Source of the DNA: Candidatus Latescibacterota bacterium
Lineage (GTDB): Bacteria > Latescibacterota > UBA2968 > UBA8231
Assembly: GCA_965203175.1 (NCBI GenBank)
Contig: OZ241867.1
Location: 1,184,001 to 1,248,000, forward strand
Length of the DNA stretch: 64,000 nucleotides
Reading direction: 5' to 3'
A program made the translations under genes and the position numbers. How positions within the stretch are numbered: the stretch's first letter is position 1; each line of letters begins with the position of its first letter. Below, piece after piece: positions 38,041 through 45,644 of the stretch. The notes below the pieces were generated by a model. That model saw only the letters and a program-made list of their open reading frames with translations. It had not been told where the DNA came from and ran no database searches.

Positions 38041-39126
38041 ATGTCTTTAGGACGCAACCTGAAAGAGCTGCGACAGAAACAATCGCTCAACCAGAAAGAC
38101 CTCTCAGACCGCTCCGGCGTCTCCCAAGCCACCATTTCCCGCATTGAAACTGGCCGAGTGCGCCAGCCAGGCTCGTCGGCTCTAAAAAGTTTAGCTGATG
38201 CCCTCGGCGTCTCGACCGACTCCCTAATGGACGATAAAGCGAGCTTGGCCCGCGTCCACAAAGACCGTTTGCATCAAATCGCCGAGTCCCTCAACGCCTT
38301 TGTCATCCACGAAAACGGACATCTGCTCTTCATCAGCCAGACCTTGGCCGACTTATTGGGTTATCGCGGGGAAGAATTGCTAGCCAAAGACGGCATTGAG
38401 CTACTGTTCGCTCCCGAGGCCCGTCCCACAGCCCGGCACATAGTCGCCAGCGGTTCGTCCAATGCCTATGAGGCACTCATGGTGCGCAGTGACGGCAGCT
38501 TTCTTCCCGTCGAGATCACCAACGTCAATATCAGCGAAAAGGCGCGCTTAGTCATTGCGCGCAACAACACCGCTCACTGCTGTCAGCAAGGGGCCTTCCG
38601 CGTTTTGCAAGCTGGCTGCGAAGCCGAAAAGGCGAGTGACCTAGGCAAGGTCGTGCGCATCCTCGGCGACGAATTAGAGGCTATGGGAGTCCAATTCGAA
38701 GCAGTTAGCCTACAGGTCATTGACGGACAGAGAAACCTCTTGGCTTGCTATCGCGCCTATTCCGCAGCGCGTGGTTACCGCTCCTTACAGAACGTGGTAA
38801 CTCTCCAAGAATCGCTCGGTCACTTTGCCTCTCTGCGGAGGTTGGTCAGCTATTGGAACCGAGACAAGGCCTGGGAGCGCGAGGCCGACGAGAATTACCG
38901 CCAGATGTCCCAAGAAATCTTCTCGGACTCGATGTATCGCCCCGGAGTGCTGATCGACGTGCCTTTTGCACAGGGCATGCTCGGTCTGGGGCTACCCATG
39001 GACGGACCTAGGCACTCCGAACAGTTCCCGAGCATATTGGGCGAGTTCTCCCGCTCTATCTCTTTGGTCGTCAAGCGGCTGTTCGAGCTTCAATCGCTGC
39101 GCGAAAAGCTGGACTCTACTCATTAG
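38041..39126 (+). CDS. XRE-family HTH regulator with PAS domain and C-terminal GAF-like region
   Basis: N-terminal LKELR...QKDLS..SGVSQATISRIETG. PAS motifs LLGY..EEL, RSDGS..PVEI. Confidence 0.8.
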   Translation: MSLGRNLKELRQKQSLNQKDLSDRSGVSQATISRIETGRVRQPGSSALKSLADALGVSTDSLMDDKASLARVHKDRLHQIAESLNAFVIHENGHLLFISQTLADLLGYRGEELLAKDGIELLFAPEARPTARHIVASGSSNAYEALMVRSDGSFLPVEITNVNISEKARLVIARNNTAHCCQQGAFRVLQAGCEAEKASDLGKVVRILGDELEAMGVQFEAVSLQVIDGQRNLLACYRAYSAARGYRSLQNVVTLQESLGHFASLRRLVSYWNRDKAWEREADENYRQMSQEIFSDSMYRPGVLIDVPFAQGMLGLGLPMDGPRHSEQFPSILGEFSRSISLVVKRLFELQSLREKLDSTH

Positions 39127-39161
39127 CCGCAACGACCCCAACAGCAGACCTAAATCGCCAA

Positions 39162-40520
39162 CTAGGAACTCGCTTCCTCAGAGCTGACCTTCCGCTGGCC
39201 AGAGCGGCGCTGCTCGGCCTCTTTGATGTGAGGGCGAGTCTCTCCGGCTTCCTCCATGCGTCTCAAGAGTCGGTCTCGCATTACTTGGGCCACTTCTCGA
39301 TGCGACTCGTGGCCGACTAGGTTGTTCAGTTCGTAGGGGTCTGCCTGTATATCGTAGAGATACTGCTCTTCGTAGAGATCGGCTCCTGCTACATCTCTTC
39401 CTTGCCCATCTGGAACGTCCACCCCGTACTTCCACCGATGTGTGCGAACGGCCCGTCCCACTTGGGCTTCGCTAATCTGCACGAAAACCTCTTCGGGCCA
39501 ATCGGCTACTCCACCGCGCAAAAGCGGCATGAGCGAGCGGCCCTGCATCTGCTCGGGGATTTCCAAGCCGGCCGCATCCAAAAGCGTTGGCGGCAGGTCG
39601 ATCAAGCTAACCAACTCTTGCAATTGGCCGCCGCGAAAACCGGGGCCAGTCAAGACCGTCGGCACCCGGATCGAGCTCTCGTGACAAGAGCGTTTGTACT
39701 CGTTGTTGCGCGTCTTGAAGTGACAGCCGTGATCCGACGTAAAGAGCACGATGGTGTCGTCGGCTAGCTCCAAGCTCTTGAGCGCGTCGTGCAGGCGGCC
39801 ATAGGCTTCATCGAGCCGCTTGACCATCCCGTAATAGCCGCCTAAGTGCTGGTGAGTCGAGCCGCCTAAGGCCGCTAGATCGGGCGGGATCCAGCCTCCG
39901 GTATAGACCTCCCGGTAGCCATCGGGGGGTGGATAGTCGTCCAAGTGGTTCTGGTGATGGGGTTCAATGTAGGAGACGAAGAGAAAAAAGGGGTGATCTT
40001 GGTGCGCGTCCACGTAGCGGATTGCGGCATCCGTGACTGCATCCACGCGATAACCGGGTAGGCGGACGGGTTGTTCGTCATTGTCGTAGAGGACCGTGCT
40101 GTAGGCGTCGGAAGTAAACTCGAGAACATTCGACGCCAACCAGTACTGGTAGCCAAAGCGGTCCGCTGCCGGTACCGGACCGGTGGTCCCTCGCTCGTGT
40201 AGGTGCCACTTGCCTATATATCCAGTGTCGTAGCCAGCCGCGGCAAAGTAGTGGGCGAGGGTCTGGCTGTCTGCTGGTAGGGGAATGCCGTTGCGGTAAC
40301 AGCCTGTAGTCGTGGCATAGAAACCCGTTTGCAAGCAAGAGCGCGCCGGGCCGCAGACGGGTTGGCACGTAAAAGAGTGAGCCGCGTGGGTGTACTCGCG
40401 GGCCAAGCGATCGAGATTCGGCGTAAGGCCCAGCGGGTTGCCGTGTAGCCCTGTTGTGTCCCAGCGCTGTTGGTCTGTAAAAAAGACTATGACGTTTGGT
40501 TTTTTACTGTCTCCGGTCAT
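39162..40520 (-). CDS. Sulfatase
   Basis: PNVIVFFTDQQRWD, CGPAR, GKWH, TSDHG motifs. Confidence 0.92.
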   Translation of the reverse strand: MTGDSKKPNVIVFFTDQQRWDTTGLHGNPLGLTPNLDRLAREYTHAAHSFTCQPVCGPARSCLQTGFYATTTGCYRNGIPLPADSQTLAHYFAAAGYDTGYIGKWHLHERGTTGPVPAADRFGYQYWLASNVLEFTSDAYSTVLYDNDEQPVRLPGYRVDAVTDAAIRYVDAHQDHPFFLFVSYIEPHHQNHLDDYPPPDGYREVYTGGWIPPDLAALGGSTHQHLGGYYGMVKRLDEAYGRLHDALKSLELADDTIVLFTSDHGCHFKTRNNEYKRSCHESSIRVPTVLTGPGFRGGQLQELVSLIDLPPTLLDAAGLEIPEQMQGRSLMPLLRGGVADWPEEVFVQISEAQVGRAVRTHRWKYGVDVPDGQGRDVAGADLYEEQYLYDIQADPYELNNLVGHESHREVAQVMRDRLLRRMEEAGETRPHIKEAEQRRSGQRKVSSEEASS

Positions 40521-40544
40521 TTTGCGCTTGATCTCCTTTTTCGC

Positions 40545-41867
40545 CTATGGCTCAAGTGTCCGATTCGCTGCGCGCTGTAACTCCTCTACCACCTGTTCGA
40601 CGTCCCCGCCTTCAATCGCCTCTATCATCGCCTCTCGAATCAATCGCCGCACCCGTTCATACCCTGCCATCGTCGGCTCTGATTTTCCGTAGTCCAACAT
40701 GCCAAACGCCGCTCCATAGTGCGGGTTTTCCTCAAAGTAGCTTTCTAGCTCGCGCGCCGTACTTTTGCGCACCGGAAAGTAGTTGCTCGCCCGCACCCAT
40801 CGCGCTTGTTGTTCGGGGGCAGTAAACCACTTGAGAAAAAGCCACGCCGCCAGTTGTTTTTCAGGCGTACCGGAGCAGAGCGACACGCTGGCCCCGTACA
40901 CGTCAACAACCGGCCGCGATCCCGTCTGCGGCGGATGGGTCACTCCCCACTCGAAGGCCAGCCCAGAGTCCTCAATGCCGCTCTTGTAAAAGGGCAGGCC
41001 AGAGGAAGAATCCTGCGAGAAGAGGATCTGACCAGTAACGAACTCGTTTACCTCGACATCCCGTTCGCCGGCGATGTCCATCGCGCCGTCTCGCGCTAGT
41101 TCCTGCAACAATTCCAGTACCGCTTTAACTTCTGGCGAGTCCAGCGCATAGGCACTACCGGTCGAATCCACTAGAGCTCCGCCGCGACTGAAGACCATCG
41201 CCGCGAATCGGCTGGCGTCAACATCGAGCAAAAAACCCAAACTGCGCGCTGGGTTTTCGTTTTTGCTAAAGGGTTGGTCTTTGGCCAAGCGGCACATCGC
41301 AGCAAAGTCGTCCCACATCGCCGGTGGCTCGTCGTAGCCCAGCTCGCGCAACCAATCGACATTGTAGTAGAGCAGCTCCATTGAGCGATTCGGCGGGAAG
41401 CCAATCTGCACTCCGCCGAGATTGTCCTGCTCCAAAAATGCTTGGACGTAGTCGCTGCGCGCTGCGGGCGACAAGCCCCATTGGGGCGAATCCATATAGG
41501 GCGTTATATCCACTATGCCGTCGGCTTGGTAGTAGGCGAGGGCTTGGTTTTGGTAGGCTACGACCAAGCTCGCGGCCAGCGAACCGCTCTGGATACCCAC
41601 ATTCACCTTGTTGTAGATGTCCCCATAGCGCCCCATGTACTCGCCGCGCACCTCAATTCCATGGCCGTTGGTCTGGTTAAAGTCGGCAATCAGCTCTTGC
41701 AGGGCATCTTCGCGCTGGCCGGTGTGTTGATACCAAAAGACGATTTTCTGTCCTTGGGGATCAAGGGATTCGAGACTGGTCTGCTGCTCGTAAACGGCCT
41801 CTTGCTGGCCGCCACAAGCCCACAGCAACGTACACCAAACCAATGTAATCGCACATTTTGGTTTCAT
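40545..41867 (-). CDS. Carbohydrate ABC transporter solute-binding lipoprotein (UgpB-like)
   Basis: Start MKPKC at 41867, lipobox LWAC, LLYYNVDWL..LG, QLAAWLFLKW motifs. Confidence 0.88.
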   Translation of the reverse strand: MKPKCAITLVWCTLLWACGGQQEAVYEQQTSLESLDPQGQKIVFWYQHTGQREDALQELIADFNQTNGHGIEVRGEYMGRYGDIYNKVNVGIQSGSLAASLVVAYQNQALAYYQADGIVDITPYMDSPQWGLSPAARSDYVQAFLEQDNLGGVQIGFPPNRSMELLYYNVDWLRELGYDEPPAMWDDFAAMCRLAKDQPFSKNENPARSLGFLLDVDASRFAAMVFSRGGALVDSTGSAYALDSPEVKAVLELLQELARDGAMDIAGERDVEVNEFVTGQILFSQDSSSGLPFYKSGIEDSGLAFEWGVTHPPQTGSRPVVDVYGASVSLCSGTPEKQLAAWLFLKWFTAPEQQARWVRASNYFPVRKSTARELESYFEENPHYGAAFGMLDYGKSEPTMAGYERVRRLIREAMIEAIEGGDVEQVVEELQRAANRTLEP

Positions 41868-43163
41868 CGAAAACCTCTTTAGGATACGGCCGTCTTTAGG
41901 CGGCCGAGGAATAAAGAGCGACCTGAGCGATGGGGCCTTGGGGCCCTGCGCGAAGGCCATAAAGGGCTTGACCCGGTTTCACGGAATGGATGCCTTTAGT
42001 ATGGTGAAGCGCATCATTCAAATCCAACTCCGGCCTACGCCCGAGCAAGCGGCGGCGCTTGAAAAGACGATGTGCCGCTTCCATCTGGCGTGTAATTGGG
42101 TGGCTCAGCGGGCCTTTGAGCGCAAGCTGGCCAACCGTTATGCCTTGCACAAGCTGTACTATTATGACGTGCGCCAGCGGTTTGACCTGCCCGCGCAAAT
42201 GGCCTGTCTGACCTTTGCCCAAGTGGCCGCGGCCTATCAGCGCGACAAGCGCAAAAAGGTGTCGTTTCGCCCGCTGGCGTCGATGCCCTACGACGCGCGT
42301 CTTTTGCATTACCGAGGATTGGACCGGGTGTCACTTTCGACGCTGGCCGGTCGCATCGTCGTGCCAATGGTTATGGGTGCCTACCAAGCCGAGCAGTTTG
42401 GCCACGTCAAGGGATATGCCGAGTTGGTGCGACGGCGCGATGGCAAGTGGTTTTTGATGGCCACCATCGAGTTCGATGACGTGCCCCCGGTTGAGCCCAA
42501 CGACTTCTTCGGCGTGGACCTCGGCGTGGCGAATTTGGCCACCGACTCGGATGGGGCATGCCATTCGGGAAAAGACGTAGAGCGCATCCGCGTAAAGTGT
42601 CAGACGCTCAAGCAGCAGCTTCAGTCGGCGGCTGATAAGGCCAAAAACCACCGTGCGCGCAAACGCATGCGTAAGAAACTGCACCGACGAGCGTGCAAAG
42701 AAGCCAACTTTCGCCGAAATACGAATCACGTCCTCTCCAAGCGTATCGTTGAGAAGGCTAAAGGCACTATCCGAGGTATTGCCCTCGAAGACCTCAAGGG
42801 CATCCGCGATAGACTCCTGTTTCGCAAGCCTCAACGATCCCGCATGGCTGGATGGGGCTTCAACCAACTCAGACAGTTTATCGCCTACAAGGCTCAACAG
42901 GCCGGGGTGAAACTGCTGTTGGTTGATCCCAAGCATACCAGTCAGATGTGCGCTCAGTGTGGCCATGTCCAGCGGGCGAATCGCTCCTGTCAAGCACAGT
43001 TTTGTTGTAAGCAGTGTAGGCATAACGCCCACGCCGATTACAACGCCGCCCGGAACATCCGGGCAAGGGCTCTCGTCAACGAGCCTATAGTTTCAGCCTA
43101 TGCCGCTGCGGCGGCCGGGTAAGGCTAGGGACAAGCCGCCTCCTTGAGGGGGCGGTAGTTGAC
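41868..43163 (+). mobile_element. IS200/IS605-family (IS1341-type, tnpB-only) element
   Basis: Left-end hairpin CGGCCGTC-TTTA-GGCGGCCG (41887-41906) preceded by GATA. Right-end hairpin CCGCCTCC-TTGA-GGGGGCGG (43136-43155) preceded by CAAG and followed by TGAC (43160-43163). No tnpA and no target duplication. Confidence 0.85.
42001..43122 (+). CDS. tnpB: RNA-guided endonuclease TnpB
   Basis: RuvC-I GVDLG, RuvC-II ALEDL, Zn finger CAQC/CKQC, RuvC-III HADYNAARNI; all catalytic residues intact. Start 42001 or 41986. Confidence 0.93.
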   Translation: MVKRIIQIQLRPTPEQAAALEKTMCRFHLACNWVAQRAFERKLANRYALHKLYYYDVRQRFDLPAQMACLTFAQVAAAYQRDKRKKVSFRPLASMPYDARLLHYRGLDRVSLSTLAGRIVVPMVMGAYQAEQFGHVKGYAELVRRRDGKWFLMATIEFDDVPPVEPNDFFGVDLGVANLATDSDGACHSGKDVERIRVKCQTLKQQLQSAADKAKNHRARKRMRKKLHRRACKEANFRRNTNHVLSKRIVEKAKGTIRGIALEDLKGIRDRLLFRKPQRSRMAGWGFNQLRQFIAYKAQQAGVKLLLVDPKHTSQMCAQCGHVQRANRSCQAQFCCKQCRHNAHADYNAARNIRARALVNEPIVSAYAAAAAG

Positions 43164-43183
43164 CGCGTTATCCTTTGAGCCCA
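43000..43183 (+). ncRNA. Predicted TnpB omegaRNA/reRNA (scaffold to 43163, guide about 43164-43183); 5' boundary approximate
   Basis: Established for TnpB: the guide RNA overlaps the tnpB 3' end and right end, and the guide is the flanking sequence (here CGCGTTATCCTTTGAGCCCA). Confidence 0.55.
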
Positions 43184-44004
43184 GATATGGAAATGCCTTC
43201 GGTGAACTCCCGTTGGATGAGAAAATACGCCAAAAGTACGGGAGCGGTCGCAATGACGGCCCCGGCCATTTGCAGGTGAACCTCGGTCCCGGCCTCACTG
43301 GCAAACTGCTGCAATCCCACTGCGATCGGACGCCAATCCGGCGTATTGGTCACTAGTAAAGGCCAAGCCAATGCGTTCCAGGAACCAATAAACGTAAACA
43401 TGCCGACCGTCAAGAGCGGTGCCCGGCACAGGGGGACCGCGATCTGAAACAAAAAGCGCACATGGCCGGCCCCCTCAATCCGGGCCGCATCCCACAGCTC
43501 GTTGGGCAGGCCGCGCATAAACTGGCGCAAGAGAAAGATGCTAAAAGCACTAGCCATAAAGGGAATGGTCAAGGCCGGCCAGCTATTGAGCCAAGCAAAC
43601 GGCGTATTGCGGTGCAGCCACGTCACGACGAGAAAATTCGGCACGATGGTCACGGCCTCGGGAATCATCAGCGTAGCCAAGACGCCGGTAAATACCACAT
43701 CGCGTCCGCGAAACTGCATGCGCGCGAGCGGATAGGCCGCCATCACCGAAAACAACAGGGTCCCGCCGACTTGTAGGACGGCGATGATCAGCGAATTCTC
43801 AAAGTAGAGACCAAAATCCGCCTCTTGCCACGCTTCGATGTAATTGTCCCATTGTACGCGCTCGGGCAGCAAGACCCGCCGCAGCGATTCGCCGCGGCTC
43901 ATAAAAGAAGCCAACAGCATCCACGCGAACGGAAAGCCCGCAGCCAGCCCCCCCAAGCTCAAGCCGCAGTAAATCAGCCTAGCTTTGCCGCCCCTAGTCG
44001 CCAT
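43168..44004 (-). CDS. Carbohydrate ABC transporter permease (MalG-like)
   Basis: ELWDAARIEGA EAA motif, FIGSWN..WPL. Confidence 0.9.
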   Translation of the reverse strand: MATRGGKARLIYCGLSLGGLAAGFPFAWMLLASFMSRGESLRRVLLPERVQWDNYIEAWQEADFGLYFENSLIIAVLQVGGTLLFSVMAAYPLARMQFRGRDVVFTGVLATLMIPEAVTIVPNFLVVTWLHRNTPFAWLNSWPALTIPFMASAFSIFLLRQFMRGLPNELWDAARIEGAGHVRFLFQIAVPLCRAPLLTVGMFTFIGSWNALAWPLLVTNTPDWRPIAVGLQQFASEAGTEVHLQMAGAVIATAPVLLAYFLIQREFTEGISISGLKG

Positions 44005-45133
44005 AAAACACCCGCCTGCCGAGCACCCGGTTTTGCAGCAGCGTCAACGCCAAAATCGCGATGAAGAGCACAAAGGCCATCGCCGAGGCATAGCCGGCGT
44101 TGTGGTACTCAAAAATTTGGTCGAAAATGGCAATACTGAGCACGTCGACCGAGTCGCGGGCACCGGGCGTCCGCAGGATATACACGTGATTAAAAGCTTT
44201 GAAGGTCCCAATGACGGCTACCATCGATAAAAAGAACAGGGTTGGCGACACCAAGGGCAGGGTAACGTGGCGGAAGACTTGCCACTCGCCGGCGCCGTCC
44301 ATCTCCGCGGCCTCGTAGTATTGCTTGGGGATCGCACTGAGGCCAGCCAGTAAAATCACCGTATCGTAGCCGACGTAGACCCAAATGTTGTAGAGGATAA
44401 TCGAGGTCAGAGCCAAGCTCGGGAAGACGCTGTCCACCCACGCGGGGTGCGAAGCAAAACCGGCTCCTTCTAGTAACAGGGCGACGACGGACTTGCTCTC
44501 GTAGAGCCAGCGCTGATTCTCCAGCCCCCAAAAGCTCCAAAAGCGGTTGGCCAACGAGGAGGGGTGCGGGCTAAAGATAGTGCGAAAAACCACGGCTGAG
44601 GCGATAATCGGCGTGACATACGGTAGAAAAAACAGCGTGCGAAACGCGCCTCTGGCCCGCGTGATCTTGAAGAGCAAATACGCCAGTCCAGTGGCCAAGC
44701 CCAGTTGGAACGGGATCGTCCCAACCGCGTAGAAAAATGTGACCTTGAAGCCGTTGTACAGCGCTGGATCACCCGTCTCGACTAGGCCACCCAACCCCCG
44801 AGCCAATCCCACCCAAAGTCCCAACAGTGCGACCGCGCCCCAAGCAATGCGGACATAAAGGGGACGCAGACCGCGCTTGACTAACGAGGCGCGCAGGCGA
44901 TAGGCCGCCCAAACGAGACCGATTCCGGCGACAAAGGGCAACAGATACTGCGGGTCCCCCAAGGCGCGGACATAGTGGTCTAATCCAACCACCGCTTCCT
45001 TTTTGATCCGCCACCTGTGTAGGCTGACGTACAGGGCATAGCCAATAGGGAAGAGTCCAAACGCGCCCAGCACGACAAGTGCCGGCGCGAGGAGGCCCCA
45101 AGCAAGCTGTTGTTCTCTGCTGCGGGTACTCAT
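43994..45133 (-). CDS. Carbohydrate ABC transporter permease (MalF/UgpA-like)
   Basis: YYEAAEMDGA EAA motif, HVTLP..SPT, GYASAMA. Confidence 0.9.
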   Translation of the reverse strand: MSTRSREQQLAWGLLAPALVVLGAFGLFPIGYALYVSLHRWRIKKEAVVGLDHYVRALGDPQYLLPFVAGIGLVWAAYRLRASLVKRGLRPLYVRIAWGAVALLGLWVGLARGLGGLVETGDPALYNGFKVTFFYAVGTIPFQLGLATGLAYLLFKITRARGAFRTLFFLPYVTPIIASAVVFRTIFSPHPSSLANRFWSFWGLENQRWLYESKSVVALLLEGAGFASHPAWVDSVFPSLALTSIILYNIWVYVGYDTVILLAGLSAIPKQYYEAAEMDGAGEWQVFRHVTLPLVSPTLFFLSMVAVIGTFKAFNHVYILRTPGARDSVDVLSIAIFDQIFEYHNAGYASAMAFVLFIAILALTLLQNRVLGRRVFYGD

Positions 45134-45210
45134 CGGCGTGCGATAATGCTGAGGGAGAAGCTAAATGCGGGGAGATTGCGGCCTCGTCCCGATCCTCGAC
45201 AGGATGAGGC

Positions 45211-45249
45211 CAAAATAAGAAGGCTCCTGAAGCGTTCCCTTCAGGAGCC
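45211..45249 (-). terminator. Rho-independent terminator after the tRNA cluster
   Basis: 11-bp stem GGCTCCTGAAG/CTTCAGGAGCC followed on the minus strand by TTCTTATTTT. Confidence 0.8.
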
Positions 45250-45254
45250 GATAT

Positions 45255-45330
45255 TGGCTGCCCCCCTAGGGCTCGAACCTAGAACCTCCTGATCCAGAGT
45301 CAGGCGCACTTCCAATTGTGCTAGAGGGCA
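45255..45330 (-). tRNA. tRNA-Gln(CTG)
   Basis: Cloverleaf. Anticodon arm CCTGA-CTCTGGA-TCAGG, GTTCGAG T-loop, CCA end. Confidence 0.95.
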
Positions 45331-45342
45331 ACTAGCGCAAAT

Positions 45343-45436
<94 letters not shown>

Positions 45437-45513
45437 GCGACCTTCGCAAAATAAACTTTTGACGTGCTCCCATCGCTAAAGAGGATGGGATTGTGGCGGC
45501 ATCAAATGGTAAA

Positions 45514-45600
45514 TGGCGGAGGGTGAGGGACTCGAACCCTCAAGGGCGTGAGCCCGGCGGTTTTCAAGACCGCTGCCTTACCAATTAGGTCTAACCCTCC
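45514..45600 (-). tRNA. tRNA-Ser(TGA)
   Basis: Anticodon arm GCGGT-CTTGAAA-ACCGC, long variable arm, CCA end. Confidence 0.95.
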
Positions 45601-45644
45601 TTTTCTCGGTAAGGAGAAAAATATACGTGAGGCACTATTTTAGG

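Noticed and set aside
41878-41882. TTTAG as the alternative TAM / left junction
   Set aside because: It lies directly against the guide tetranucleotide and does not satisfy the guide pairing rule, whereas TCAT fits both pairing and spacing. It is not fully excluded without an empty allele.
41938-43200. TnpB as a Cas12f-like CRISPR effector or a nuclease-dead TldR
   Set aside because: There is no repeat-spacer array or cas gene nearby, the RuvC triad is intact, and both IS ends are present.
45134-45330. tRNA-anchored genomic island or prophage
   Set aside because: No integrase and no duplicated tRNA 3' end (att site) in the window.
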